Part shown: positions 22,086 through 35,379 of the stretch, in pieces | Position numbering within the stretch: the first letter of the stretch is position 1 | How the letters are laid out: every line of letters begins with the position of its first letter | From: Amoebidium appalachense | Taxonomy: Eukaryota > Protista > Ichthyosporea | Assembly (NCBI GenBank): GCA_963693365.1 | Contig: CAVNZM010000001.1 | Coordinates: forward strand, 8,634,907 to 8,698,906 | DNA: 64,000 nt | Direction: 5' to 3' | Notes under the pieces: model-generated | The model's input: the letters and a program-made list of their open reading frames with translations, nothing else | Databases searched by the model: none | What the model was told of the DNA's origin: nothing | Translations under genes and position numbers: made by a program

Positions 22086-23657
22086 TACACCAACCCACAC
22101 ACCAACCCACACACCAACCCACACACCAACCCACACACCAACACACCAACCACCACCACCACCTGGGCAAAAAAAAAAACCAATAAAGGAAGTAGCTCGA
22201 CATTTGTAAACAAAAAAATAACCACAATGACTACTAACACACCTGTGTGATTTCAGGAGGAGTCTGATCGTGAGCGTGCAACCAGCAACGAGCAGAGGGC
22301 CAGCCAGGCCGAGGCCCAGCTTCAGACAGCCACCGCCACTTTAACCCAGCTGCAAACAGACCTGCAGTCAGCCAACAACAACTTAACCCAATTACAGGCA
22401 GACCTGCATGCTGCACGTGAGGGGGAGGCACGTGCACAGGCGGAGGCGGATGCGGCTCGGCAACAGGCGGCAGAGGCACAGGCACAGCTGCAGGCGGCAG
22501 AGGGCACGGTGGAGGGAATACGGGCAGAGGTGGCTGGGCTGCAGGCGGAGGTGAAAGGGCAGAGAGAGAGGGCGGAGGGGTTGGAGGGGGTGCTGGAGAG
22601 GGCACGGGCAGACACGGAAGAGGCGAGGGAGAGGCTGAGGGAGGCGGAGGCGGAGAGAGACACAATGAGTAAACGGTGGGAGGGGGAGGGGGCTGAACTA
22701 CAGGCAGAGTTGGAGTCGGCGAGGGCGGAGAGAGAGCAGGTTGCTGGAAGGTACGAGAAGGAACTAGAAAAGGCAAGGGAGGACGCGAAAAACAACGCAA
22801 ACACCGTGACAGAGTTGGAAAAATTGCTGGAAAACGAGGAGAAGAGACGTGCGCACGCAGAAAAGACGGTTGAAAAATTGGAAAAGATGGCGAGGGTAGC
22901 GGAGGAAACGGAGCAACTTCTTAGGACGGAACTGCAAACGGCGCAAAATGACGTTTCGGCATTGGAAAAGAGGATACAGGAAGCGAACGAACGGGTTTCG
23001 TCGGCGGAAAAGGCGAGAGCAGAGGCGGAGGAGAAAGCGCAGGAGTTTCAAAGGATGGCGTTTGAACTCGAACAGGCGATGACGCAGGCGTCTGACAAGG
23101 CGCAAATTGCCGAAAAACGGGTGGAGGATTTGGAAAAAACGGTTGAGAAAGAGAAGGAGGCCGGGCAGAGGTTAAGGTTGGAGGTTGGTGGGCACACGGC
23201 GGCAATGACGCAGCTTCAAACCGCGTTGGAAAGGGCGCAGGAAGAGAAACACCAGTGGGAAATGCGTGTGGGTGAGTTTGAACAACACGTTACACAGGCA
23301 AACCAGAGAACGCAACAGGAAAGAACGCGGGCGGAGGAGGCGGAAAGGTTAGCGGAGGAGAGGGATAGAGATGTGGCGAGGTTACAGGGAGAGTTGGCGT
23401 CTGCAAGGGAGACGGAAAAACAGTTACAGGGGAAGGTGGAGGAGGGGGTGGCGCTGGCGGCGAGGTTGGAGGGGGCGAACAAGGAGATTGGACAGCTGAA
23501 GCAACAGGTGGGTGTGGGTTTAATTTATATGATTAAAATGTTAGTAGGGAAGAAAGGAAAAGGGGTGATGGGTTGAAAGGAATGTTGGGGACGTTGTTTA
23601 GATTATCAGATTCGTGTGGGTTTATATTGTTTAGGTGTGTGTGTTTTTTTTTTGTTT

Positions 23658-23723
<66 letters not shown>

Positions 23724-24209
23724 TGGAGGTTGGAGGGGGCGAACAAGGAGATTAGCCAGCTGAAGCAACAGGTGGGTGTGGGTTTTATTTAATGATTAAC
23801 ATGTTATAAGGAAATTGGGGTGATGGCTTAAAGAGGAATAGGGTGGGTTTTGTAAGTTGATAGGAAACGGGTGTAATGGATTGGATGGAATGTTGGAATA
23901 TTGGTTGCATTTATCAAATTCGTATAGCCCATATTTTCTTTGGGTTATCTTTATTGTGTTTGTGGACATGTCAAAATGATTCACTTCCGGGCTGGCGTTG
24001 AGGTTCACTCTATTGCATATGAACATCCTCCTAATCCCTTGCGCGTCCCACGTCCATGGATTGGGTGTACCCACACACACGCACACGCACACGCACACGC
24101 ACACGCACACACACACGCACACATACACACACAGACACACATGCACACGCACGCACGCACGCACACCCTCTACCCTTCCCTCCGCCCTCCCCCCACCCCT
24201 CCCCCTCCC

Positions 24210-24254
<45 letters not shown>

Positions 24255-24639
24255 ACACACACACGTACACGCACACGCACACGTACACGTACACACGTAC
24301 AGATCTCTGTGCTCCAGCAGCAGAACCAGGAGCAGATGCAGGTGCAGCTACGGGATGCACGTGAGAGACAGGACATGGCTGACAGGCTGGGGGCAGTGCA
24401 GAGAGAGTTGGAGGAGATACGCGCACAGATGGAGGCGGAGAGGTGGGGAGAACACGTGCAGAATACATACATACACACACATGCACAACACACACACACA
24501 CACACACATGCACAACACACACACACACACACACACACACACTGGCACATGAACACGTTGACGAGTAGAGTTTAGGCACGACCACACACACGTTCAAGGA
24601 CGTACACACCCACACAAAGTTTAAGCACGTGCACATGTG

Positions 24640-24700
<61 letters not shown>

Positions 24701-24729
24701 CACACACACAAAACACACACACACACGCG

Positions 24730-24761
<32 letters not shown>

Positions 24762-25414
24762 CACACACACACATCACACACACACACACACCATCTCGTT
24801 TCTCACATTTATCGCACTGCGGCACCAAACACATACCAAACACACATCAGCAGTGTTCACACACCCGAACATGGAGTATTCAACACCACATGGATATTTC
24901 AGTTCTGTTATCCTTGCCAATGTGATGTTTTGAAGTTCCCCTCACGCGTGTCCCAGAGCCGTTTGCATTGGGATTATCCTTTCATTTTCCTGTGGTGCAT
25001 GTGTGTTACACTGACATAGTTGCACCGTTTCAATGCTGTGTTTCAATCCTTTGGCACCTCCAACTGAACGATTTGAAACTCCATCACTGATCACTTTTTC
25101 TTTTCCTTTCTCTCTCTTCTTTTTTTTTTTCCTTATTATTATTATTTATTTATTTTGGTTTTCAGGTTACAACATGCGCAGGAAACCGAGAGCCTGCGCA
25201 CTTCACACAAACAGGAGATGGACGCACAGGTGCAGCAGGCACAGGCACACACGGCGCAGCAGCTCAAAGAGGCACAGGTATGTGTGTGTGTTGGGGGAGG
25301 GGAGGGGGGCAAGGGGGGGGGGGGAAGAGGGTAGTGTTGGCGGGTGTGGGGGTGTGGGTGGGTGTTTGTGTGTTCGTGTGGGGTGGGTGGGTGAATGGGT
25401 GGGTGGGTGGGTGT

Positions 25415-25445
<31 letters not shown>

Positions 25446-25662
25446 CATGTGCATGTATAGCTATGCTTGTGCATATAGCCCATCTTATGTTTGGGGGGGG
25501 GGGGGGGGGGGAGGGGGGGGGGGGTTAGTTCCGGGTTGGGTGGGTGTTTTTGTGGACGCAATAAAGTTGTTAAGAACTGGGTCTGAGCAATGACGTGGAT
25601 TTGGAGGTGGCGATTCTGGGAACGACGGACGGGGAGGTGCTGTGGGTGTGGGTGGGCATATT

Positions 25663-25711
<49 letters not shown>

Positions 25712-26630
25712 TCCCCTCCTTTTACATTCCAATCTTGCTTCTGTTTTTAATTTATTTATTTGTTTATTTGTTTGTTTATTTACTTATTATCTCTTTTTTT
25801 TTTTTGCCTTTTGAACATACTTTGTATTCTTCAATTTTGCCGATGAGCAATTTTACCAACAATGTATGGTGTCGGTACACAGGAACATGCACAGGCACAG
25901 GCAGCTACCACAGAGGCCGGGCTGAGGGCGGAGGTTGAGCGGCTGGGCAGGGAGCTGGGTGAGGCAAAGGCCATAGTAGCTCAGCTGGACGAGAGGGTAA
26001 GGGCATGTGTGTACGTGCACAAAGACATGCACGTACACAGAGGCATGCATGTACACTCCTGCATACGGGCATCCGTGTGCATGCACGTGTGTACATGCAT
26101 GCCTCTTCACACAGGTTTTCATGCTGCATGCGAGTAGAATGGGAGTCGGGGATGGCTGTAACTGCAAATGTAAAAAGAATGGGATGTATGCATTCTGTGA
26201 CATGTACACGTGCATGTGACACACTAAACTTGCAAGTGTGCATCTTAAGATGTGCAAGTGCATGGAAGAAGCATAATGTATCATCTGTCCATCTGCAGTG
26301 AATACTTGTGAAGACTTGCCCACATGCCTGTAAACATTTCATAGTGCACGGCCAAGGATCCTCCTATCTACACATGGGTGGGCACACACACGAACACGTC
26401 CACATGCGCGCGCGCGTGCGCGCCCGCACACACACACACACACCCACACACATACACACGCACGCGCGTGATGCAAAAGAAGGTATGTGCTCTTCTTCTT
26501 ACTGTGCACTGTATGGATGCAGGTGCATGCGGCAGTCAAGGTCAAGACGGATGAACTCAAACACATTCATCGATTGGAGGCACGCAAGCTGGTTAGCCGG
26601 ATAAGGGAACTGGAGCAGGTGTGTGTGTGT

Positions 26631-26661
<31 letters not shown>

Positions 26662-27402
26662 CGTGTTAAGGTGCGGGGGTAGGTGGGTGTGTGGGCGGGT
26701 GTGGGGGTGTTGGTGTGTGGGTGTGGGTGTGAGTGGGTGGGTTGGGTTGGGTTGTGGGTGTGTGGTGTGTGCACGGGTGTCTGTGTGCATGTGGCAGTGA
26801 GAGTGGTGGTGTGTGAGGATTTTTCTTTTTCTTCCTGAGGGGAAGGGGGGAGAAAGGGGGAGGGGGAGGTGGCGGGAAGGGGGGGGGGGGGGGGGGGGGG
26901 GGGGAAATGGTTGACGGGTAGACAGGTAGTGACCATGTGCACAACAGAGTGATGGGGGCATGCTTGAGGAGGGCCAGTTTGTGTATCTGCGCAACGTCAT
27001 CCTGCAATACATGATGGGCACACAGAGAAAGGTACACCCCTTCTTCCCCCTTCCCCCCTGATGATGGGTTCTGTTCAAGTGTCTTCTGCCTTCACTCTTG
27101 AATTGCTTGATTTTGGGTTTCCCGCTTTTGTGACACTTTGTTGTTGCTCTTTGTTGTCTCCTCCATATTTCCAACCCTCTAACGCATACATCTCCCCCCC
27201 CCCCCCCCCCCTCTCCCCCCCCCCCCCCCCCCCCCCCCCCCTCCCCCCCCGGTTCCACGCCCCGGGTGTGTGATGCATGTGTGTGTGTGCGTGCGTGAGT
27301 GCGTGCGTGGATGTGTGTGTTCATGCGCGTCTGTGTGTGTGTGTGTGTGTGTGCACTGAGATTCCTTCTGGTGTCGTAGACTTACTGTGGAGGGGGAAGG
27401 TT

Positions 27403-27455
<53 letters not shown>

Positions 27456-27739
27456 GGGACAGGGACATACAGCTTCACTTTCTGCCGCCTTAAATTTTTT
27501 TTTTTTTTTTTTTTTTTTAAGGGGAAAGCGGGATGAAGGAGTATAAAAAGAAATGTTTTTTTTTTTTTTTTTTTTTTTTTTTTTGGTGGGGGGGGGCGGG
27601 GGGTGGGGGGGGGGAACAGGGACATACAGCTTCACTTTCTGCCGCCTTAAATTTTTTTTTTTTTTTTTTTTTTTAAGGGGAAAGCGGGATGAAGGAGTAT
27701 AAAAAGAAATGTTTTTTTTTTTTTTTTTTTTTTTTTGGT

Positions 27740-27784
<45 letters not shown>

Positions 27785-27893
27785 GCGGCTGACAATATTG
27801 TTGTGTGCGCAGCAATTGGTGCCGGTGATAGCGACGATACTGGACTTTACGGAGAAGGAGAAACAGGCCGTCATGGCTAGAGCCACGGTATAG
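9871..27893 (+). CDS. GRIP-domain trans-Golgi golgin (golgin-245/GOLGA4-like), 18 exons, ~1860 aa coiled coil
   Basis: Exons 9871-9903, 10868-10966, 11285-11413, 12786-12899, 13228-13399, 14113-14210, 14978-15058, 15768-15857, 16542-16625, 17770-17922, 18718-21375, 22257-23507, 24303-24442, 25166-25277, 25883-25996, 26523-26618, 26948-27031, 27813-27893; phases are consistent. The N-terminus [11 protein letters not shown] resembles the golgin-97/245 motif. C-terminal GRIP domain: [44 protein letters not shown] branch point lies at 22232-22238. Confidence 0.88.
12978..13148 (+). mobile_element. 5'-truncated copy of the poly-C-terminated non-coding element (subfamily A), golgin intron 4
   Basis: Closely similar to the reverse complement of 60773-60934. 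Contains CGAAAC (12999-13004) and CTGAGGA (13034-13040) and ends CGCATTCAAA(C)n. Confidence 0.85.
16988..17664 (+). mobile_element. Partial tandem (~1.5 units of a 450-bp unit) of the poly-C-terminated element (subfamily B); retrozyme/Penelope-like architecture
   Basis: 16988-17208 reads identical to 17438-17658 (offset 450), with a structured 229-bp spacer between. Poly-C runs flank both sides. Shares GTCGAAACTC, GATGACTTGGGCCC, CCCTGAGGATGGGCTCTGCTTAT and CGCATTCAAA(C)n with subfamily A. Confidence 0.85.
18083..18411 (+). repeat. Two degenerate copies of the 3' end of golgin exon 10
   Basis: GCAAAGGTGGCTGTGTTGCAGAAG recurs ending at 18150 (followed by an intact GTATGA donor) and at 18411 (donor lost). 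The original ends at 17922. Confidence 0.9.
19741..22710 (+). repeat. Intragenic duplication of ~120 coiled-coil codons (19741-20110 in exon 11 vs ~22335-22710 in exon 12)
   Basis: Both segments encode [100 protein letters not shown]. Confidence 0.93.
23726..23850 (+). repeat. Copy of the 3' end of golgin exon 12 plus its donor and intron start
   Basis: GAGGTTGGAGGGGGCGAACAAGGAGATT..CAGCTGAAGCAACAG|GTGGGTGTGGGTTT is repeated ~264 bp downstream of the original (23462-23522), just after a poly-G run. Confidence 0.9.
27052..27200 (+). mobile_element. Diverged, 5'-truncated relative of the poly-C-terminated element, golgin intron 17
   Basis: CCCCCCTGATGATGGGTTCTG (vs CCCCCCTGAGGATGGGCTCTG), followed ~125 nt later by CGCATACATCT(C)n (vs CGCATTCAAA(C)n). 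Spacing matches subfamily B, but the middle is not alignable by eye. Confidence 0.5.
27459..27740. repeat. ~157-bp tandem duplication in the last golgin intron
   Basis: ACAGGGACATACAGCTTCACTTTCTGCCGCCTTAAA(T)nAAGGGGAAAGCGGGATGAAGGAGTATAAAAAGAAATG(T)n occurs twice, bounded by poly-G. Confidence 0.92.
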
Positions 27894-28810
27894 CACAGTA
27901 GTTTCTGCGTGCACGTGCACACACACACACACACACATGCACGCACACACACACACATGCACGCACACACGCACACACACACGCACACGCATACACACAT
28001 ACATGTGTGTGTGTGTGTACGCCACGCCTACACCCCTGTACACAAAGAAGTGCACACACACACCAACGCACGTGTGCACATGCCCTTGAGCACATGCGGA
28101 CTTCGGCATGTGTGGTCGCTTAGACAACGTATTTTGCTGATGATATGAATGAAAACTGATAGTATGTAGATAGATTCAACTCGGTTTGTTTGTAACATTT
28201 CATATGGCCTTTAGTCTTGTTTGAATGTGTTTCGTTCATTGAGATGGGCCTCTGCGGATCCTGGGCCCCGTCTACTAATATAGGCTCTTCTGTGCACCTC
28301 CTTAAGGCCGATTGTACATGTACATATTAAGATACATAAGATTTCCTCGTCATTTTTTTGGAACATATTCAATTCATTAGGTGTACATATATTGGTATTG
28401 TTTGGGTTTATGGGGGTATTTTAAATTTTTTGCTATCGAATCAAAAGATACAGAGTGTACCTTGCCGCCTGCCTTTTTTTGCCTTTAATAATTTATATAT
28501 TCACCAATCGATTTTAGTGTCGTGCACATCTATCCCGGGCCGGGTAGATCTGCCGAATGTTGTATCCAATAAAAATGACAATTCTATTAGTGCTGACCCA
28601 ATATGGAGTCAGTGGCAATGGTCACCCATATGGCTTATATGAGTCCCGAGGAGTTGCTTAGGCCCGTATGTCTAAGCATGTGTACTTTCTTTTTTAGGCC
28701 TGAAGGCAGGCTAAGAGTTCAAATATTATTAACACCTTTGCCGACCTAGGAGCTGTTGAACCCCTTCCCCTCCCCCCTCCCCCCCCCTTCCCCCCTGCCC
28801 ACCCCCCCCA

Positions 28811-28882
<72 letters not shown>

Positions 28883-29728
28883 ATGTACACACACACACAC
28901 AATGACGTTGCGGACACACACCTGCGGACACGCACGTCACACACCATCACCGCCACGGTTACCACAAGTACACACAACTACTAGTGTCACGGACACAGGT
29001 GCACCATGTCATGTCGATATCAACGCAATTCAGTTGCAGTCTCACAGACCGGTGTCACAATGTCACACACATACACACAGGTACATGTACCACGGTAACC
29101 CCAACCAGCGAGCCAACCAGCTCTGTCACCGAACATAGAGCTGCGTGCACACTGAACATTCATATTAAATTTTGCCCACGATGTCACACGAATCCATCCC
29201 CCCAATAGGGGTCTTGGATGATTGGTGATGATATGAGTCATCATTAGTCCAGTGTTTGTGTGTGTGTGTGTTGTACACACACACATTCTCTCTCTTTAGC
29301 CCTACCCCCACGGGCCTCTCTCTTCCCCGCCCTCCCCTCCCCACCTCTCGTTTCAAATGTGTGTTTGTGTGATATGTTTCTTGGGGCAAGGGCTGCTGAA
29401 AAGTCCACCATTGCACTTGGTATTTATTTCAACATCTCCCACACACTACATAATGCATCTAGAAGTCACACCCAGGATTCAGCACCCAGAATTTTCCATC
29501 TGAAAAGGAAAGCTGCAGCAAAAACGTGAATCCAGTCAACACAAACAGCAGATATGTGAATTATTGCGAGGAATCACTTCTTTTCTTAGCAGTCCATACG
29601 TAAAACGCAAAAACTTCCTGAAATTCTTTACACTTGAACCGTTGCTCTAAGATATTCGTACACGCTCAAACTTCATCCATCTTCTTTCGTTCTCTTTCAT
29701 ACCTTTACGTGATACATAGTTTCAATAC

Positions 29729-32700
29729 CTAGGATCCCCCCTGGCTCTTTATACTTTCCACCAATTTACGAATCATACTGGTGGCCTCGGAAATGTTTCT
29801 CCGCTCCAGCGCAGAGACCCCGACCACAGGCAGGGGGGTTTTTGTTCTCAGAATATTCAAATTTTCCTCCGCCTCCGGTAAATCTATCTTGTTGGCCACC
29901 ACGAGAGAAGGGCGCTTGGTCATTCCAGGAAGATACATATCCAGTTCATTTTGCAAATCTTTCAAATCGTCCCAAGGCGTGCGATGAATCCCCCTCAAAA
30001 CCCCCAAATCACCTGAATTTCCATCATCCGCTTGCAAACTTTCGGAATTTTCCGCGGAATCCTCCGTGGCGAGGGGGGATGCAGCCGCATCCACAACATA
30101 CAGAAGCACCCTCGATCTTTCAATATGTCTCAAGAAACTGTGTCCGAGCCCCAAATTTCGATGACCCCCCCTAATCAAACCGGGAATATCCGCCAACGTA
30201 AGGCAATAGTGGTCGGGAAAATCCAGCACACCAAGGTGGGGGTTCAACGTAGTGAATGGATAATCGGCGATTGCGGGGTGTGCGTTTGTGACGGCGGCCA
30301 AAAAGCTCGATTTTCCAGCATTTGGAAGGCCCACCAACCCCACGTCTGCGATTGTCTTCAATTCCATCTCAAGGAAGCGTTCTTCCCCGGGTAGACCTGG
30401 CGTAGCTCTGAAAAATGCCCCCCCCCCCAAATAGAAAGAAAAAGAAAAAAAAGGGAAAGGGCCGGGGGAGGGAGGGGAGAGGGGGGAAAGGGGGAGGTTA
30501 GAAGTTACAGTGTATGAAGTAAGGGCAGAGGGGGAGGGGGGGGGGGGAGGGGGGGGGCATGTGGATGAAATAATAGAATGGAAAGGGGTGGGCGGTCGGT
30601 CGGGTGGGTAGATGGTGGCAGAGGGAAGGGGCTTATGGATTTGTGGATAGATGAGGGGAAGAATAAAAGAGAAAGGGGGGGGGGGGGGTGGATGTGAGGA
30701 GAATCGGTTAGTTAGCCTGTTTGCGAGTCGGTACGGGCGTGTGTTTGAGGGGGGGAAGGGGGGGGGGGGGGGGGGGGGGGGGGGGAAGGGGGGGGAGGGA
30801 GCCGGGAGAGAGGGTGGCGAAGCAGGATAGGGGGGAGGAAGGGGATGGGGGGAGAAGGTGGGGGTCAAAATGTGTTGCAGAGTAATCACTACACATTCAC
30901 GGCATGAAAACACAATGAAGACCTTGCAAAAAAGAGCACGCACATGGGTTTGTAGTGCGTGTCTGTATATGTCGGGTGTGTGTGTGTCTGGGGGCCCCGG
31001 GGGGGGGGGAATGAGTGAAGCAAATTAAGAAACGCCATCCTGGTTTGAAATTGGAACCAGAAATATGACAGCTGAATGATTTGTGCGAAATTGCACTAAA
31101 CCACACGGCTCTGTGTTGCCTCTAACCCACAACATGTTCCTGACTCTGCCGTCTCTCTGTCCATTTCCAACAAACACACAAAAAAAAATATAAAATAATA
31201 ACAAATGAATAAATAAATGAAAAATAATAATAAAAACACAACAGCTTGACCTTCACCAGCTGCCCCCCCCCTCCCCCCCCCCCCCCCCCCCCCCCAAACA
31301 CACACACCCCACCCCACTTCTTCCGCCATCTGCCTCCCCCCCCCCCCCCCTCTTCCCCCCAACCACCCTACATGTCCACAAGACTATACACAGAAAGGAC
31401 ACCAAGCACACCTACCTCCCCCGCCCCCTCCTCTCTCTCTTTCCCCTCCCCTCCCTCATCCTCCCCCCCCCCATACACACACACACACACCCCTTCCCCC
31501 TCAAACAACCCCCCCCCCCCCCCCAAATACACACACACCTCCCCCCCTCAACCCCCCGCCGCCATACGCACACACACACACACACACCCTCAAGTCCCCC
31601 CCCTCCCCCCCTCCCCCCCCCCCCCCCCCCACACACACCCACACACCCACACACACCTTTTCGGTGCCGTGTCCAGCTTCGACTTGAAGTGGAGGTTACC
31701 CCACCCTCCCCTCCCCCCCTTTGCCACGGTGAACCTCTGTCCGTGTGACGTCATATCCACCACCACACCCCCCTCCCTCTCCCTCACCACCGTGCCCACG
31801 GGCACACGAATGTCTGTGTCTGCTCCCGCCCGCCCATGGCACGCTGCACCCTTGCCGTTCGACCCATCCTGTACACACCCGGATGTTAATTTTCAGGTAT
31901 CTTTTCTATTCTTTCTTCTTTCTTTTTTTTCTTTCTTTTTTATTTTTTTTTCTTTGGGAGAGGGGGGGGGGAGGGGGGGGGGGGAAGAGGGGTTGGTGGA
32001 GAGTGGAAAGGGGAGAGCGGGGGAGGGGGGGGGGGGGGGAGATATGGGAATGTGGGAAGGAGAGAGTGAGGGAGGGAGCGGGGGGGGGGGGGGGGGGGGG
32101 GGGAAGCAAGAGAGAATAGTGTGAGTGTGAGTGTGAGTGAGTGTGAGTGTGAGTGTGAGTGTGAGTGTGAGTGTGCGTGTGTGTGTGTGTGCGTGTCTGC
32201 GAGTGCGTGAGTGTCTGCGAGTGCGCGTCCGCAAGCACATACATGTGTTAGTTGCTGTTATTTGGGAGAGAGGGTAGGGCGAGGGAGGGGGGGGGGGGGG
32301 GGGAGGGGGGGGGGGGGGGAGGGGGGGGAAGGAGTTAGCATATGTTATACAAGAGTATAAAGTACACACTTATAACGGACAACATAATGCAAAGTGCAAA
32401 GCATTTTCCCATCAAGAGTGCATGCGTCGGAGGGGGGCGGCTGGGGGGGAGGTGGGGAGAAGGGGGGGGGAGGGGGGGGAAGAGGGGGGGGGGGGGGGGG
32501 GGGGGGAACGGTTGACACGTACATGGCCCTTGTAGTGCCTCTCCACCCCTCTCAGACTAGACAGGCCTTCGTCCGCAACAAGAACAATAGACCCCCCTGT
32601 TCCCCCATTTCCCCCGTCCGGACCCCCCCTCGGCACGAATTTCTCCCGGCGGAAACTGAGACACCCATTACCGCCGTTGCCTGCCACAATCCGCATCTGC

Positions 32701-33456
32701 AAGTAGTCTACAAACGATTTCCCCTGTGTTGTGGGAATTGGTCAGCGAGTCTGTTTTTTTTTTTTTTTTTTTTAAAGGTTGTATAGCCCGTTTAGGTTGT
32801 GTGGATGTGTGTGCCTACGGTAAATAAGGGGGCGGACAGGGAGAGGGGGAGTAGGGAGGGGAAGGGGGGAGGGGCGGGGTTGGGGGGGGAGGGGGGGGGG
32901 AAGGAGGGGCATTGGGACCATGAAAAAGAATAGAGATCATCTGCACGCACGAGCTCGAAGTGACTTAAACAAACCCAGGTCATTGAGCCATGAACAACGG
33001 GAAAAGTGCAGTGTTCATGTTTGCAGTAGGGTGCTGATGGTGGGTGGACCTCCCCCGTTTTTTTTTTTTTTTTTTTTTTTTTTTTCCCTTTCATTTTATT
33101 TTTTTCTTTGGGGGGGAGGGGGGGGGGGGGGGGGGGGGGGCGGATGTGATGAAGTAAGTAGGGAGTTGAAATGTAAGACGGAAAAAGAACTTTAAAAGCT
33201 CAGAAAAGAAGGTTACATACTGGATATAGATGGTGTTTATGGTGGTGGTAGTGTGGGGGTTCAGAGGAGGAAAGAGAAAGAAGCGAGAAGGCCAGTGTCG
33301 TGGCGTGGGGGGGGAACTGGGACGGGGTTGTGGGTGTGGGAAAAAGGAGGAGGAAGAGGGGGGGGGGGGGGGGTTGAGGGAGGGGGAGCTGATTGCTAAG
33401 AAAATATCATGTATACCTGGCGAGACGTCTGTTTGTGTGTGTCTGTGTGTGTGTGT

Positions 33457-33535
<79 letters not shown>

Positions 33536-34417
33536 ACGGGCACGTGTGTGCGTTTCCGCGTGTATGTGTGAGTGAGTATGTGCGTGTGCGCGCGTGTACG
33601 TGCGTGTGTGTGCGCGCATGTGCGTGGCGTGAGAAACGTGCTTCTGAGGGGAAAGGGGGGGAAGGGGGCGAGGGGGCAAGGGGGGGGAGGGGGGGGGTAA
33701 ATGTCTACCTCACCTTCTGCTGGACAAATAGTTTCTTCCTCTCAGCCAGAGTCATCTGTTTGAACGTCTTCTGTTCGGGCGGTCCCTCCTCCACCTCCTT
33801 TTCCTTTTTTGGCGCTGGTGGTCTCGTGGCTCCAATAAGACTCCTCCCTCCCACAGGAAACCTGCTGATACGCCCCAGGGCAACCTGCCAAGTGCATCAG
33901 GAGGATTAGATTGGGACAAGGGGATTGAAAAGTAGAGGATGGTGAGAGCAGGGAGGTTGTATAGAGAGATCCGGGATAAGTTTGTGTGTGGGCAGGGGAG
34001 GGAGGGGGGGAGGGCCTTCCTGTGTCGGCCGTCGTATCTGTGACTTACCCCCCCCCCCCCCCCCCTGCCCCCTCCCCCCCTTCCCCCCCGTTCCCCACCT
34101 CCCCCCCCCCCCCCCCTTCCCCCCACCCAGCCACCCACGTGCACCCTGCCTCTTCCCCTTCTCTTTAGTTAGATCCTGTCAAATTTATTGCATGAAACCC
34201 CCTAACTACACACAAGCCACACACTTATTAAGAAACTTTTGCTAACACAACAGTGTTGTGGTTGAACTGCTATAATCCGTGCACACTACCACATGGGTAT
34301 ATGGGGCAAGAGTGGGCGATTGGGAGGGGTTACCATATGAGACATGCCCGTCAGCAATGAGGGCATGGCCAAACTCTGCTGGTGCAGGTGTTTGTAAAAC
34401 CCAAGGCAGGGCTTCAT
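29729..34417 (-). CDS. MTG2: Mitochondrial Obg-family ribosome-assembly GTPase (MTG2/GTPBP5-like), 5 exons, ~448 aa
   Basis: Exons 34334-34417, 33714-33884, 32523-32723, 31657-31868 and 29729-30407. Obg fold [38 protein letters not shown]; G1 GLPNAGKS, G2 YPFTT, G3 DIPG, G4 NKID; [14 protein letters not shown]. The N-terminal extension is basic; the first exon is less certain. Confidence 0.88.
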
Positions 34418-35279
34418 GTTGGCGCCTCTTTTGCGCAAAACCTCAGAAATATCACGCCTCTACCTCTGCTCTGCGCCTATGTAGAGCCCCGTTTGTGCAT
34501 AAGGGTATTTAGTTCTACAGGATCCGAAAGCGTGGTGTGTGGGGGACCAAGAAAAAAATAAACAGCAGTCCAAAGCTCCCTAATTCAAGTGTGTATACCC
34601 ATACGTGTTTTTTTCCTCCCCGGGCCCTAAATGTACCTATACGGTGTTGACGCCGATACCCTGTAACACAAACCGCCGCGCATACACACACTTCCTGCCT
34701 TCAATTTAGTTGGTCACTCAGACACGAGGGGTGCGTCACGTGATCTGGGTGCGGTTTTAACCAATAGGTAAGCGATCTCGTCTGTGAGTTGGCAAGTCGC
34801 TTAGCTAAATTTAGGCTCCCCAGCCCTCATCTGCTGAGCCAGAGCCTCCCCAGCCTGAGTGTTGTAGGGCTGATCATGAGCCACCCTCCCACCCCGCTTC
34901 TCCCTCCCCCTCCCTCCCTCTCTCTCCGCTCTGTGCTCTTTCCTCCCCTTCCCGCCCCCCCCCCCCCCCCCCCATTTATCTAACAAAAAGGGTGGAAATG
35001 AGGTTGGCGGTTCGGGAGAGGGGGGAGGGGAGGGGAGGGAAGATAGAGAGAGAGGGAGCTGTTTGAGAGTGGAAGCAGTGAGCATAGTGGTTTACAGGCT
35101 GACTTGTTCCGCACGCACAAATACCTCAGCCCCTCACTCCCCCCCTCCCCCCCCGCCCCCTCCCCTCCCCCCTTACACACACACACACACACACTCAATC
35201 ACTCACTCACTCACACACTCACTCACACTCTCACTCACAGTCTCACTCTCACTCTCACTCACACTCAAACTCACACACT

Positions 35280-35360
<81 letters not shown>

Positions 35361-35379
35361 ACACACACACACACACAGG

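Noticed and set aside
28137-28165. CTGATGA...GAAAA hammerhead-like string (also CTGATGA at 37984 and 50959)
   Set aside because: No supporting stems; the 50959 instance is simply a minus-strand splice acceptor.
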